Below, one piece after another: positions 1 through 9,273 of a stretch of DNA of 49,909 nucleotides; positions within the stretch are counted from its first letter, which is position 1, and every line of letters starts with the position of its first letter. The notes beneath the pieces are model-generated. The model had not been told where the DNA came from, did no database searches, and was given only the letters and a program-made list of their open reading frames with translations. Source of the stretch: Candidatus Hodarchaeota archaeon (lineage in GTDB: Archaea; Asgardarchaeota; Heimdallarchaeia; Hodarchaeales; Hodarchaeaceae); the NCBI GenBank assembly GCA_016839785.1, contig JAEOTQ010000166.1, forward strand, positions 1 to 49,909. Reading direction: 5' to 3'. The position numbers and the translations under genes were made by a program.

Positions 1-7
1 GGAAGAT

Positions 8-27
8 TTATATAGGATGAATTTAAA
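8..27 (+). promoter_or_regulatory. Putative TATA box(es) upstream of the histone gene
   Basis: TTTATATA preceded by a purine-rich GGAAGA (BRE-like), and TTTAAA at 22-27; SD-like AAGGTG about 10 nt before ATG93. Confidence 0.45.
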
Positions 28-92
28 CCCTTCTAGTGTGAGAAAAATCAACAACTCACAACTAATTACATTGAGAAAAGGTGTAAAGAAAA

Positions 93-296
93 ATGGCAGG
101 ATTTGCTAGAGCAAGAATTGAAAAAGTAATCAGAGATGCTGGTGCTCACCGTGTATCTGCTGGCGCAATTGATCGATTAAACGAAATTGTTACCAACAAA
201 GGTATGGAAATTGCTAAATACGCAGTTGAGATTGCCCGTCACTCTGGACGAAAGACTGTTAAAGAATCAGACATTAAATTAGCCGCTACCAAATAA
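93..296 (+). CDS. Archaeal histone (HMfA/B family), tail-less
   Basis: 67 aa histone fold with AGAxRVS loop and ARHSGRKTVKESDIKLA C-terminal signature. Confidence 0.96.
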   Translation: MAGFARARIEKVIRDAGAHRVSAGAIDRLNEIVTNKGMEIAKYAVEIARHSGRKTVKESDIKLAATK

Positions 297-315
297 GCAG
301 CTTAATGTCCTACGT

Positions 316-350
316 TCTTTTACTCTCTCGCTCTCTTTCTTTTTTTTTCC
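316..350 (+). terminator. Pyrimidine/oligo-T tract, probable intrinsic terminator of the histone gene
   Basis: TCTTTT...CTCTTTCTTTTTTTTTCC starting about 20 nt after the stop codon. Confidence 0.55.
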
Positions 351-599
351 CCATTTCTTACGAATTTTTCTAATTTGTTGTATCATCCGAAAATAGAATT
401 GTGATTCTTTTCTCTAGCTTTTGAGTCTTCTTCAGGGAGAAAAACATTGCCCCAAAAATAGTCTATTTAATAATGCTGAAGAGAAAATAAATTTGTCTCT
501 ATTCGAAAAATGGTTTTCAAATTATGACTATGTCAATCTGTAGAAATATAAATTGACAAATGGTGACGGTTCTGAAATCTCCATCAATTTCAGGACTGA

Positions 600-2672
600 T
601 TGGCGGTGTTTGCCTCGACTGATGCTAATGAAAAAGAAGAAGCTAGTGATACCAAATCAGAGAGGAGAAATAACTTTAAACAAATTAGGAAGGAGAGAAA
701 AATTCAACCTCTTGAAGCAAATCTGGTAAAAATTACGGATGGGATAATCAAAGGAGATCCTAATGCAAAAGAACAGTTAAAGCACCATATTAAAATGCTA
801 AAAACTGAAATCAATCGGAATAATTCCCCTAGTTCAGTCTCAGTAGATAACAATATGAAGAATATTGAAAAAAGTATTTCGAATCTAGTTCTTAAGACTG
901 AAGGAACAGAAGAACTTATTCTACAGATTGGGAAAATTTTTGAGGGTAATACTTGGATAGCAGAATTAGAAACTAGTATCAAACAAGATCTAGCTCCTAT
1001 TATTGATGAATTATCATCCCAAAAATTTCTACCTGATAAAACTCTTAAAACAGCAAGTTCAAATTTCATCAATCAGCAAAAAACACTTAGCGATCTTAAA
1101 GAAAGATTAACGGTTCAGACTGAGCATTTACAAGCATCTTTAAAAGTAGAACAGTTAAAAACTATAGTTCTTGCTTTAAAAGATGCTGGATCAACTGCAA
1201 TTAAAGAAAAATCATTCGACAAAGCAATTACAATTTTAGATGATACTAATAAAAAGATATTACCCTTAGTCACGAGTAGTAAAGAATTATCGGATAAAGA
1301 ACTCTCTAACCTCTCCAAATCCATCCTTTTCGAGTTGGAAACTGCTCTCGTCGAAAAAGGACAAATCGACGAAGCAATAAAGGTAATTGATTCACAATTT
1401 AAGATTCCCGTCTATAGAAGTGAAGATTACCGAAAAGCACAGTTAAAGAAGAGTCATTTGCTAGTTCAATCAGGGGAATTCAAAAAAGCCGTGAATCTAC
1501 TCAAAAGCTTATTAGATTATTGTTGTGAGGATGAGATCGATTATAATACATCTGCTGAAATAAAACGGGCACTTGGAGTGGCATATCGGGGCCAAGGATC
1601 ATATGACATGGCTTTAAGATACTTCCACGAGTCTCAAAAGGAATTTTTAAGAGTAAAAGCAATGGATCCTGACGATTCTCGATGTATTGATGGATATCAT
1701 AATGCGATATGGAGTAAAGGAATTCTTCACTACCTAAGGGGAGAATGGGAAGAAGCATTAGCGATTTGGAACGAATTAGAGAAGTTCTACCGCAATAGAA
1801 AACCCAAGATTCAATTAAAATTATATTTTGAATATATGAGAACTTTTAAACTCTCAGGAAAATTCCAAAAAGCTGAGGAAATGCTGGATAAAGCTCTTGA
1901 TCTTCTTTCTACCTATGATGAAGCTGAGAAAGGGAAAGCAAAGGCGTTTGTTTATTTAGGCTATGCAGAAATTTACTTTTTACAAAATAACTTTGAAAAT
2001 GCAGTTAGATCTATAGATACTGTACGATCTTTAGTTAAAAATAATGACGACGCATTTAATGAACTGAATATCTTGGAAATAGAAGCAGAAATTCTCTGCA
2101 CTCAAGATAGAACTGAAGAAGCCCGAAGTAAGTTAGAGACTGTGCGTAAAAAGTGTAAATCTAATTGGGATAGAGTGAAGTTCTATCGAATACTCGCTAG
2201 AATTGAGAAATATGAAATGAATTATGGTGCAGCCCAAATTGCATTGAAAACAGCAATAGATATTACTACTGAAATAGGGGCGATAACCTATTCTGATGAT
2301 TTAGCAATTACTGAATTACTTATTGAAATGTCTCGGATTGGTAACCCAAAAGCATTCTTGGAAGCTAAAGAAAGATTAACATTAATTGATCAAGAACTAT
2401 CTGAAAAGAATTTGCCAGTGCTTCAACTCGAAAGCAAACTTCAACATGGATACTTAGCTTGGAGTCATTCGGATTTTGAAAAGGCTTATACAATTTTTAC
2501 TGAAATTGTAAGGGAGGCGGAGAATCACCGATTATTTAGACAAAAGGCAAAAGCTATTGATGCATTGAATACAATTGAAAACCAAGAACGACATCTGAGT
2601 GCAACGACCAAGAATAAAGCCGTCTATCGATATCTGGATGATGCTAGAAGAATCTTGAAAGGATCTTCCTAA
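600..2672 (+). CDS. Tetratricopeptide-repeat protein with N-terminal coiled coil
   Basis: TPR-like repeats (ALGVAYRGQGSYDMALRYF, KGILHYLRGEWEEALAIW, YAEIYFLQNNFENAV); TTG start uncertain. Confidence 0.8.
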   Translation: MAVFASTDANEKEEASDTKSERRNNFKQIRKERKIQPLEANLVKITDGIIKGDPNAKEQLKHHIKMLKTEINRNNSPSSVSVDNNMKNIEKSISNLVLKTEGTEELILQIGKIFEGNTWIAELETSIKQDLAPIIDELSSQKFLPDKTLKTASSNFINQQKTLSDLKERLTVQTEHLQASLKVEQLKTIVLALKDAGSTAIKEKSFDKAITILDDTNKKILPLVTSSKELSDKELSNLSKSILFELETALVEKGQIDEAIKVIDSQFKIPVYRSEDYRKAQLKKSHLLVQSGEFKKAVNLLKSLLDYCCEDEIDYNTSAEIKRALGVAYRGQGSYDMALRYFHESQKEFLRVKAMDPDDSRCIDGYHNAIWSKGILHYLRGEWEEALAIWNELEKFYRNRKPKIQLKLYFEYMRTFKLSGKFQKAEEMLDKALDLLSTYDEAEKGKAKAFVYLGYAEIYFLQNNFENAVRSIDTVRSLVKNNDDAFNELNILEIEAEILCTQDRTEEARSKLETVRKKCKSNWDRVKFYRILARIEKYEMNYGAAQIALKTAIDITTEIGAITYSDDLAITELLIEMSRIGNPKAFLEAKERLTLIDQELSEKNLPVLQLESKLQHGYLAWSHSDFEKAYTIFTEIVREAENHRLFRQKAKAIDALNTIENQERHLSATTKNKAVYRYLDDARRILKGSS

Positions 2673-2689
2673 AATTTCATCTACATCAA

Positions 2690-3439
2690 TTATTGCTTTG
2701 ATTTTCCCTGATTTGCTACTTTTTGCATTGCCTTAGCAACAATATCAGGATCACCCAGATAATAATGCTTAATTGGATCCATTTTTTCATCCAATTCATA
2801 AACAAGCGGAATTCCAGTTGGTATATTTAATTTGAGAATTTTTTCGTTTGGTACATCATCAAGGAACTTCACGAGAGCACGTAAACTATTTCCATGAGCC
2901 GCTATGAGTACTCGCTTTCCGGATTTTATTGTTGGAACTATTTGCTCGTGCCAATAGGGAAGTACACGCGCTACAGTATCTTTTAGGCATTCAGACGTCG
3001 GTAATTCTTCTTGTAAGAGATGTTTATATTTAGGATCTTTCCCAGGGTATCGATCATCAGTTTTTTTCAGCCCTGGAGGACGAATATCATAGCTACGTCG
3101 CCATATCAATACTTGCTCATCACCATGTTTCGCAGCCGTTTCCGCTTTATTTAACCCTTGTAATGCGCCGTAATGGCGCTCGTTCAATTTCCAAGATCGA
3201 TGAACAGGAATCCACATTAAATCCATTTCATCCAAGGCTAGCCATAATGTTCGGATTGATCTTTTCAACACACTAGTGAAAGCCACATCAAAAGAATACC
3301 CTTCATCCCTTAAAACCTGCCCTGAAGTAGTTGCTTCATTAATACCTTTTTCTGACAAATCTACATCGGTCCAACCAGTAAATTTGTTGATTTTGTTCCA
3401 AATTGATTCACCATGACGCAAAAATACTACCTTATACAA
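2690..3439 (-). CDS. gpmA: 2,3-bisphosphoglycerate-dependent phosphoglycerate mutase
   Basis: [41 protein letters not shown] and LNIPTG motifs; TTG start with AAGGTG SD. Confidence 0.96.
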   Translation of the reverse strand: MYKVVFLRHGESIWNKINKFTGWTDVDLSEKGINEATTSGQVLRDEGYSFDVAFTSVLKRSIRTLWLALDEMDLMWIPVHRSWKLNERHYGALQGLNKAETAAKHGDEQVLIWRRSYDIRPPGLKKTDDRYPGKDPKYKHLLQEELPTSECLKDTVARVLPYWHEQIVPTIKSGKRVLIAAHGNSLRALVKFLDDVPNEKILKLNIPTGIPLVYELDEKMDPIKHYYLGDPDIVAKAMQKVANQGKSKQ

Positions 3440-3550
3440 AATAATTACACCTTAGCACTTGATACAGATTGTAGTTTGTGGAATTGAAGCGGAAATCATT
3501 TTCCTTGAAAAATGTATAGCAATCGTAGATTCTATAAGATTTGAATCTAT

Positions 3551-4006
3551 TTATTTCGATTTGATGATTAAATAATGAATTTTGTTATTTTTCAGGAGAT
3601 CTTTTTTTATTAATCCTAACTTCGTTAATCTATTTAAATAGACTTTTTCCGTGTTTGTTTTTCGACGAGTGATTCTTGATACTTGACCTGCAGTAACTGG
3701 TCCACTTAACTTTTTTAAAGTAAAGTACGTTTTTCTCAAGAGTCTTGGAACTGTAGAAGTCTCTTCTACCTTTTCCTTGAGTTCTTCATGCACCGTCTGC
3801 GACAGTTTTACATATTTATCTGAGTTTAACATTAAATCAATAGCATCTTTGACCGTAAGTGCCGAAGTGTCTTTCTCCCATCGTTTTTTAATTTCTTTTA
3901 CAAGCATTGCATAAGGAACCTTACTATTCATTAGAACCTCGGCTGCACTAGGAGTAATTTGAATTTTCAGTCTCTCTAGTTCTTTTGACAGATCAGGCTT
4001 TGACAT
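3551..4006 (-). CDS. Two-domain protein with C-terminal winged helix-turn-helix
   Basis: C-terminal TAGQVSRIT...YLNRLTKLGLIKK wHTH pattern; GAGGTGA SD upstream. Confidence 0.65.
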   Translation of the reverse strand: MSKPDLSKELERLKIQITPSAAEVLMNSKVPYAMLVKEIKKRWEKDTSALTVKDAIDLMLNSDKYVKLSQTVHEELKEKVEETSTVPRLLRKTYFTLKKLSGPVTAGQVSRITRRKTNTEKVYLNRLTKLGLIKKDLLKNNKIHYLIIKSK

Positions 4007-4154
4007 GAAGTCACCTCATATTATATTCCTATTCACATTTCTGAAAAATTATCGAAATCCTAAATTAATAAATCAATCCTGTGTGGTGAAAAATTCAGTC
4101 AATTCATTAAGAATTTTTCGATTTTTAACAAAAAAGAAACATATTAACCATCAA

Positions 4155-5155
4155 TTATTTTGAATTGTTTGTTAACCGCTTTTCTCCTTGGATCTCTCGT
4201 ATTCGCGTAGCATCCTGTATTCTTTCAAGAGTTCCAAGATATTTGCCTTTCTTATCTCGTATGGCATGATATTGAAAGTATATGAATCTATTTTGATGGT
4301 TAATCCAAAATTCTTCTTCGTGTCGTTTGTTTGCTTTGAAATCTTCTAATATTTGATTCACATGACTAATACTCTTTGGAGGATGGCAGTGATAGACGTC
4401 ACGACCTAAATTAGCTAGTGTTCTTCGAAAAATTGGAGATTTTGTTGGAGAAAAATAGACTAATTTATCGTTGGCATCAATGAACGATAGTTGAAGGGGA
4501 ACATTTTCCATTATTTTTTCAAACAATCCCTGTGAAATACGCCCAGTAGAGAAATTAATTATCTGAGAGTCTTGATTTTCTTTGTATTTCATATTTGGAA
4601 ATGATGCTTGCGCCTTTTGATCTGGAACAATGATGCAATAACCAAAACCATCGCTTAAAGATGCAATACGGAGCCAATCGTCCTCTGATAATTTTTCAAG
4701 CGCGATGGGAAATATTTCCGTCTCTTCTTTTTTAATTATCCAGGGAATAGTATGTAAAATGGTTTTATTTTATTCTCAATGGTTTGGGGGAAAATTAAAT
4801 GTGCTGAAAGGATGTCTTCAATCTTCTCTAAGCGATCGCGAATATTATCTATATTTTTGCGTAATAGGGTCAGATTTTTATGCATTCCTTTCTCTTGCAA
4901 TAAAGGAAATAGCAATTCTTCTAGTCTTAAGTAATGTTTTCTTATGTCCAGTAAGAGGTTATATTTTATTCTCAATTCAAGTTTTAACGCTTCATCTTGA
5001 TCTTGCTTTATCTGATTCAAAATAAATGTAAATTGTTGAAGTAGAGCTTCAATTGCACGATTTTCTTACATAAATATGGTTACTGGATGACCAGAAGGAA
5101 GTTCGCTTTGTTTAGATGGGGCAAGCATACTAATGGTTCCCTTAACGTCTTTCAA
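4155..5155 (-). pseudogene. Disrupted DUF438-like hemerythrin + PAS_10 protein (one nonsense codon and one frameshift)
   Basis: Reads PSGHPVTIFM*ENRAIE (TAA at 5066-5068), continues in frame through HYLRLEELLFP, shifts frame near 4756-4759 into KKEETEIFPIALEKLSEDDW..GYC, then PAS_10 (FRRT...GRDVYHCHPPKS). Confidence 0.85.
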
Positions 5156-5386
5156 TATTAGTCAATCCTCTTATATCCCCCGATTCAATATTTAACGATT
5201 AAAAAGCAAAATTTCCTTAAGTTTACCCTTCTGAATAACGAATTTTCTCTATCCAGAAGTACTTAAACAGATTTCGATAAGTTAAACCTGAATTTCTTCT
5301 GTCTGTTACAACCGTGAGTTATTTTTATCCCTCATCTTATGTTCCCTATTCAATCTTAAAAGTTCCTTTGGGTTGGAAAGAAGCTA

Positions 5387-5905
5387 ATGATTCCATTTAG
5401 AGAGTATAGAAAAGAATGTTTGTTTAGGAATAACAAACTATGCTCTTATTGGGAACAATCTACAGAGTGTCATTTACTCTCATGTCCTTTTTATTCCACC
5501 AGTATGACTACAAGTGGAAAAAAATTGCTGGAAAAACGTAAACAAGATACGATTACTTTTTCCCCAACCGATTTAGATAATGCTGGAAAATCCGTACATG
5601 ATATCATTGGTATAACAAAAAGAGAGGAGGGAATCGAGCAACAAGAGGATCAGGAGAAACCTCGACAGTCAAGTGTAACTGAAAAAATGGTATCTCGGCT
5701 TACGTGTATAGCGTGTGGTGAACAAATTTTCGACGATAAGTTTACTACAATTCGTGATCCACATGGAGTTATAATTTATCTCCATTCAAAAGGTAAATGC
5801 GATGTTAGGCATGAGCATATTCCAATTGTACGTAAACGTTGGCTAAAGATGCACAATTACGGAAAAAAAATATCCAAAACGGAAAAAACAGAGGAATCAG
5901 GATAG
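5387..5905 (+). CDS. Hypothetical protein with two predicted Zn-binding modules
   Basis: N-terminal C-x7-C-x8-C-x4-C cluster; C-terminal CIAC-x22-H-x4-C. Confidence 0.65.
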   Translation: MIPFREYRKECLFRNNKLCSYWEQSTECHLLSCPFYSTSMTTSGKKLLEKRKQDTITFSPTDLDNAGKSVHDIIGITKREEGIEQQEDQEKPRQSSVTEKMVSRLTCIACGEQIFDDKFTTIRDPHGVIIYLHSKGKCDVRHEHIPIVRKRWLKMHNYGKKISKTEKTEESG

Positions 5906-5938
5906 TTTAATCAAATAATACTGATGTAGGGAAATATA

Positions 5939-6110
5939 ATGGCTAAAATTGTTATGCCAATTGCTGCAGAGGAATGGAAAAAGATATGGAAAAGAAATAG
6001 AATTCGTTCTATATCCGCGTGATGGTCATGAACTTTCTCGCAGTGCAGAACCCCGACATATTGTAGACCGAATCAGAAGAATCATTCAATGGATTGAGAA
6101 ATATTCATAA
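5939..6110 (+). pseudogene. Relic of an S9 (prolyl oligopeptidase/acylaminoacyl peptidase) gene
   Basis: Frame 5982-6110 reads RYGKEIEFVLYPRDGHELSRSAEPRHIVDRIRRIIQWIEKYS*, the catalytic-His C-terminal segment of S9C peptidases; no GxSxG region upstream. Confidence 0.75.
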
Positions 6111-6122
6111 TAAGAAGAAGGA

Positions 6123-7748
6123 ATGGTTAAAATGGCAGTAAAATTTTGGAGACGACCCACAGCAGGTAGATCTGCTGTACATGCAAAAAATGGTTTAGTT
6201 GCTTCTTCTCAACCATTAGCTTCATCTGCAGGAATTCAAATGCTTCAAACTGGCGGAAATGCAAGTGATGCGATAATTGCAATGGCCGCAGTACTAAATG
6301 TAGTTGAACCATTTTCCACAGGTATAGGAGGAGATGCATTCGCACTTCTTTATGTTCCTGGTGAGGACCTACCAATTGGAATTAATGGATCAGGATTCTC
6401 ACCGAATAAATTAACTTATGATTTCTTTGTTACAGAAAAACAATTTTCAGAGATCCCATTAACTGGAATCTTACCTATTACGGTTCCAGGAGCAGTAAGC
6501 ACTTGGGGTTTAATTCACAAGAAGTTTGGATCCTTACCTTGGAGTGAAGTGCTCCAACCTGCAATAAATTATGCTAAAAATGGGTTCCCTATAAGTCCAT
6601 TAATTGCTCAAGTTTGGAATGAATTAGTTCCTAAGCTCAAACTGCATGAAGGAGCTCGACAAACCTATTTGATTAATGAAGAACGAGCTCCACACTCAGG
6701 GGAATTGTTTAAACAAGAGGAATTGGGGAAAACCTTTCAAAATCTCGCAGACCATGGTTATGAAACTTTTTACACCGGTGATCTTGCGAATCAGACAATA
6801 GAGTTTTTACAAAAGGAGGGAAGCGTGATAGATATACTTGATCTAAATAATTTTTCTGCTGAATGGACAAATCCGATTTCTAAGGTAATTTATGACCATC
6901 AATTATGGGAACATGGACCAAATGGACAAGGACTTGTCACATTACAAATTTTGTCAATTGCTGAAGAGTTAGATATTGCACGTTATCCTCTAAACTCAGC
7001 TGAATATTTGCACGTTCTAATTGAAGCAAAAAAACTCGCTTTTTCGGATGCTTTTACCTATTTAGCAGATCCAAGAGCAATGAATGTGGATGTAGATGTC
7101 TTTCTAACTGATAAATATGCACAAACCAGAGCCAGTCAAATAAATCCTAGGAAAGCATTGAAAGAATTACCTTATACTTTAGATATGGGAGAAGATACAG
7201 TATATTTAACTGTAGTTGATAAAAATGGCTTTGCTATATCTTTCATTAATTCTCTATACTATGGATTCGGCTCAGGAGTAGGAGATCCAGTAACGGGAAT
7301 TGCGTTCCAAAATAGAGGAGCTGGATTCACACTCAAAAAAGGGCACCCTAATCAATATGAATCAGGAAAACGACCGTATCACACAATAATCCCAGCTATG
7401 ATAACTTCTCCCTCTACAAATCGTTTATTGCATTCTTTTGGTGTGATGGGAGGACATCATCAGCCAATAGGACAATCTCAAGTATTTCTTAACCTCGTAT
7501 TACACGGTATGGATCCTCAGGATGCCATAAATTCCCCTCGTTTTCATCACGAACAGAATTCCAATCTTGTTGCTTTTGAAGAACCTATTCCATTACAGGT
7601 TAAAACACAATTACGGGGATTGGGGCATAACGTGCGAGATTCAGTTGGGATGAACTTTGGAGGAGGTCAAATCATATCTATTTCTGAGAATGGATCTTAT
7701 ATCGGTGGGTCTGATCCTCGTAAGGATGGTCAAGCTCAAGGATACTAG
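6123..7748 (+). CDS. ggt: Gamma-glutamyltransferase family (Ntn hydrolase)
   Basis: GGNASDA, EPFSTGIGGD, TVPGA, autocleavage site D-TVYLTVVD, FGSG, KRPYHTIIP, DPRKDG. Confidence 0.94.
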   Translation: MVKMAVKFWRRPTAGRSAVHAKNGLVASSQPLASSAGIQMLQTGGNASDAIIAMAAVLNVVEPFSTGIGGDAFALLYVPGEDLPIGINGSGFSPNKLTYDFFVTEKQFSEIPLTGILPITVPGAVSTWGLIHKKFGSLPWSEVLQPAINYAKNGFPISPLIAQVWNELVPKLKLHEGARQTYLINEERAPHSGELFKQEELGKTFQNLADHGYETFYTGDLANQTIEFLQKEGSVIDILDLNNFSAEWTNPISKVIYDHQLWEHGPNGQGLVTLQILSIAEELDIARYPLNSAEYLHVLIEAKKLAFSDAFTYLADPRAMNVDVDVFLTDKYAQTRASQINPRKALKELPYTLDMGEDTVYLTVVDKNGFAISFINSLYYGFGSGVGDPVTGIAFQNRGAGFTLKKGHPNQYESGKRPYHTIIPAMITSPSTNRLLHSFGVMGGHHQPIGQSQVFLNLVLHGMDPQDAINSPRFHHEQNSNLVAFEEPIPLQVKTQLRGLGHNVRDSVGMNFGGGQIISISENGSYIGGSDPRKDGQAQGY

Positions 7749-7910
7749 TCTTCACACACTTAGGTCTCATTTCCCCTATTTCTAACAGAACTAAGAAATA
7801 GCTAAAACTTAAATTGATAAATTCGGTGGATGAAAATACATATCCAAAATTAAAGGATTTAAAATCTTCATTCTTAGATCTTGAATCTCTTCATTGGAGA
7901 TTAGATTCAT

Positions 7911-9125
7911 ATGGATAGTGTTCAGATAAGGGATTTATTGCAAGAAGCAAAGTCTCATATGTACTCATGGACAACCAATGATTTAACTTCCAAATTAGCT
8001 AAAGAAGTTATGAGTATAGGTTTGGCGAAAATAATAAGTTTCTATCAGGAAAGTGGGAATGATCCAAACAATGTTTTAGTCGTTTTTGGACCAGACGGAA
8101 GTATTACGAGAAACAAATCACGATTTAATTCTGGAGTTGGTTATGGTTGTGCTGTAATCACAAAAGATTATCTTTTTCCTAGTCTTCTTCATCCTAATGG
8201 TTGTGGCTTTGGACTGTATCATGTATCCAATATGCCACCTATTGATCAGTTGATGGATAGATTGCACATCTTAAAAAAAGACGGTGTTCCAGTAGGAAGA
8301 CAAACAGGAAAATGGGATGTATGGAAATCAAATCATTTCATTGATCTACTCCGATTGGAGTCTTTAACGAATAGATATTCTCACTATGAAAAATATCTAC
8401 CATCTGGAGACTATGTACTAATCCACTCTTCACAACAAACGGAAAAAGAAAAATTGAGCTACTGGAAGGAGGAGGAATTTGAACGGATTAAAACCCCGTT
8501 TGGTGTAATAGAGGGTTTACCTGAAGATTCAGGCAATGAATATTTAAACTATTTTGAATCAGTAGAGAATTATTCCAAAAACAAGCGTGAATCGATTGCC
8601 GAAGCTCTTTTTGGAGAAGAAAATATTACTTGTATTTCTAATCCTACTCATCAGGGATATTATAAGGAGAACAACTTATTTACAATGAGATTAGGACTGT
8701 ATAATTCTCTCGACACAACTGGTGATACTCCTCTTCCCCTATTTCCAATAGGTTTCAATGCTTATTCATTCATCTACTTATATGAAGGAGAACCCAATAT
8801 TGATACTAAATATTGGACAGGAGTTCAATTACAACAATCTGAAGAGAAGGATCACACTTCAATCCTTAAGGGAGTAAATATTCTACCTCATGGTGGAGGA
8901 TACAAACTTCATTTTCCATTTTATGACGTTAAGACTCTGATACACAATAACGAGTATTATTTCGAGCTATCTCAGGCTCCAATGCAAAGTCGCATGATTA
9001 TTCAGAATGTTGAGTCATTAGAATATGGTTATCGTGGTCCCTCTGAAGTTCTTCCTGTGGTTGAAAGACTGGAATTAGGAAGAAAAGTTGCTCAGTTTGT
9101 CCCTGTTCAAGTAATCAAATACTAA
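7911..9125 (+). CDS. Divergent RtcB-fold protein (RNA ligase/guanylyltransferase paralog)
   Basis: Colinear RtcB motifs: GPD, NGCG, SNHFID, LIHSS, PTHQ, PHGGG, YGYR, and C-terminal GRKVAQFVPVQVIKY. Confidence 0.8.
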   Translation: MDSVQIRDLLQEAKSHMYSWTTNDLTSKLAKEVMSIGLAKIISFYQESGNDPNNVLVVFGPDGSITRNKSRFNSGVGYGCAVITKDYLFPSLLHPNGCGFGLYHVSNMPPIDQLMDRLHILKKDGVPVGRQTGKWDVWKSNHFIDLLRLESLTNRYSHYEKYLPSGDYVLIHSSQQTEKEKLSYWKEEEFERIKTPFGVIEGLPEDSGNEYLNYFESVENYSKNKRESIAEALFGEENITCISNPTHQGYYKENNLFTMRLGLYNSLDTTGDTPLPLFPIGFNAYSFIYLYEGEPNIDTKYWTGVQLQQSEEKDHTSILKGVNILPHGGGYKLHFPFYDVKTLIHNNEYYFELSQAPMQSRMIIQNVESLEYGYRGPSEVLPVVERLELGRKVAQFVPVQVIKY

Positions 9126-9273
9126 AACCTGCCTTTAATCACGACTTCATTGATTCAACTGTTTTCTTTGTCCTAAAGTAATTCGGGATAATTCTTACTG
9201 TAATTCAATTAAGAGTGAAATTTGTTTCTTATGTAGTAAGTTTTTTTAATCTTAACTCATATAGTAATCTGAC

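Noticed and set aside
704-1758. Antisense ORFs 704-1072, 1115-1324 and 1501-1758, and similar shadow ORFs throughout the window (e.g. 21533-21970, 24114-24617, 29670-29981)
   Set aside because: They lie wholly opposite well-supported genes and have no recognisable motifs
4705-5025. 106-aa hydrophobic plus-strand ORF
   Set aside because: It is the antisense shadow of the hemerythrin-like part of the minus-strand pseudogene
5066-5068. In-frame stop as possible selenocysteine/pyrrolysine recoding
   Set aside because: The codon is TAA, not TGA or TAG, and a separate frameshift also disrupts the gene
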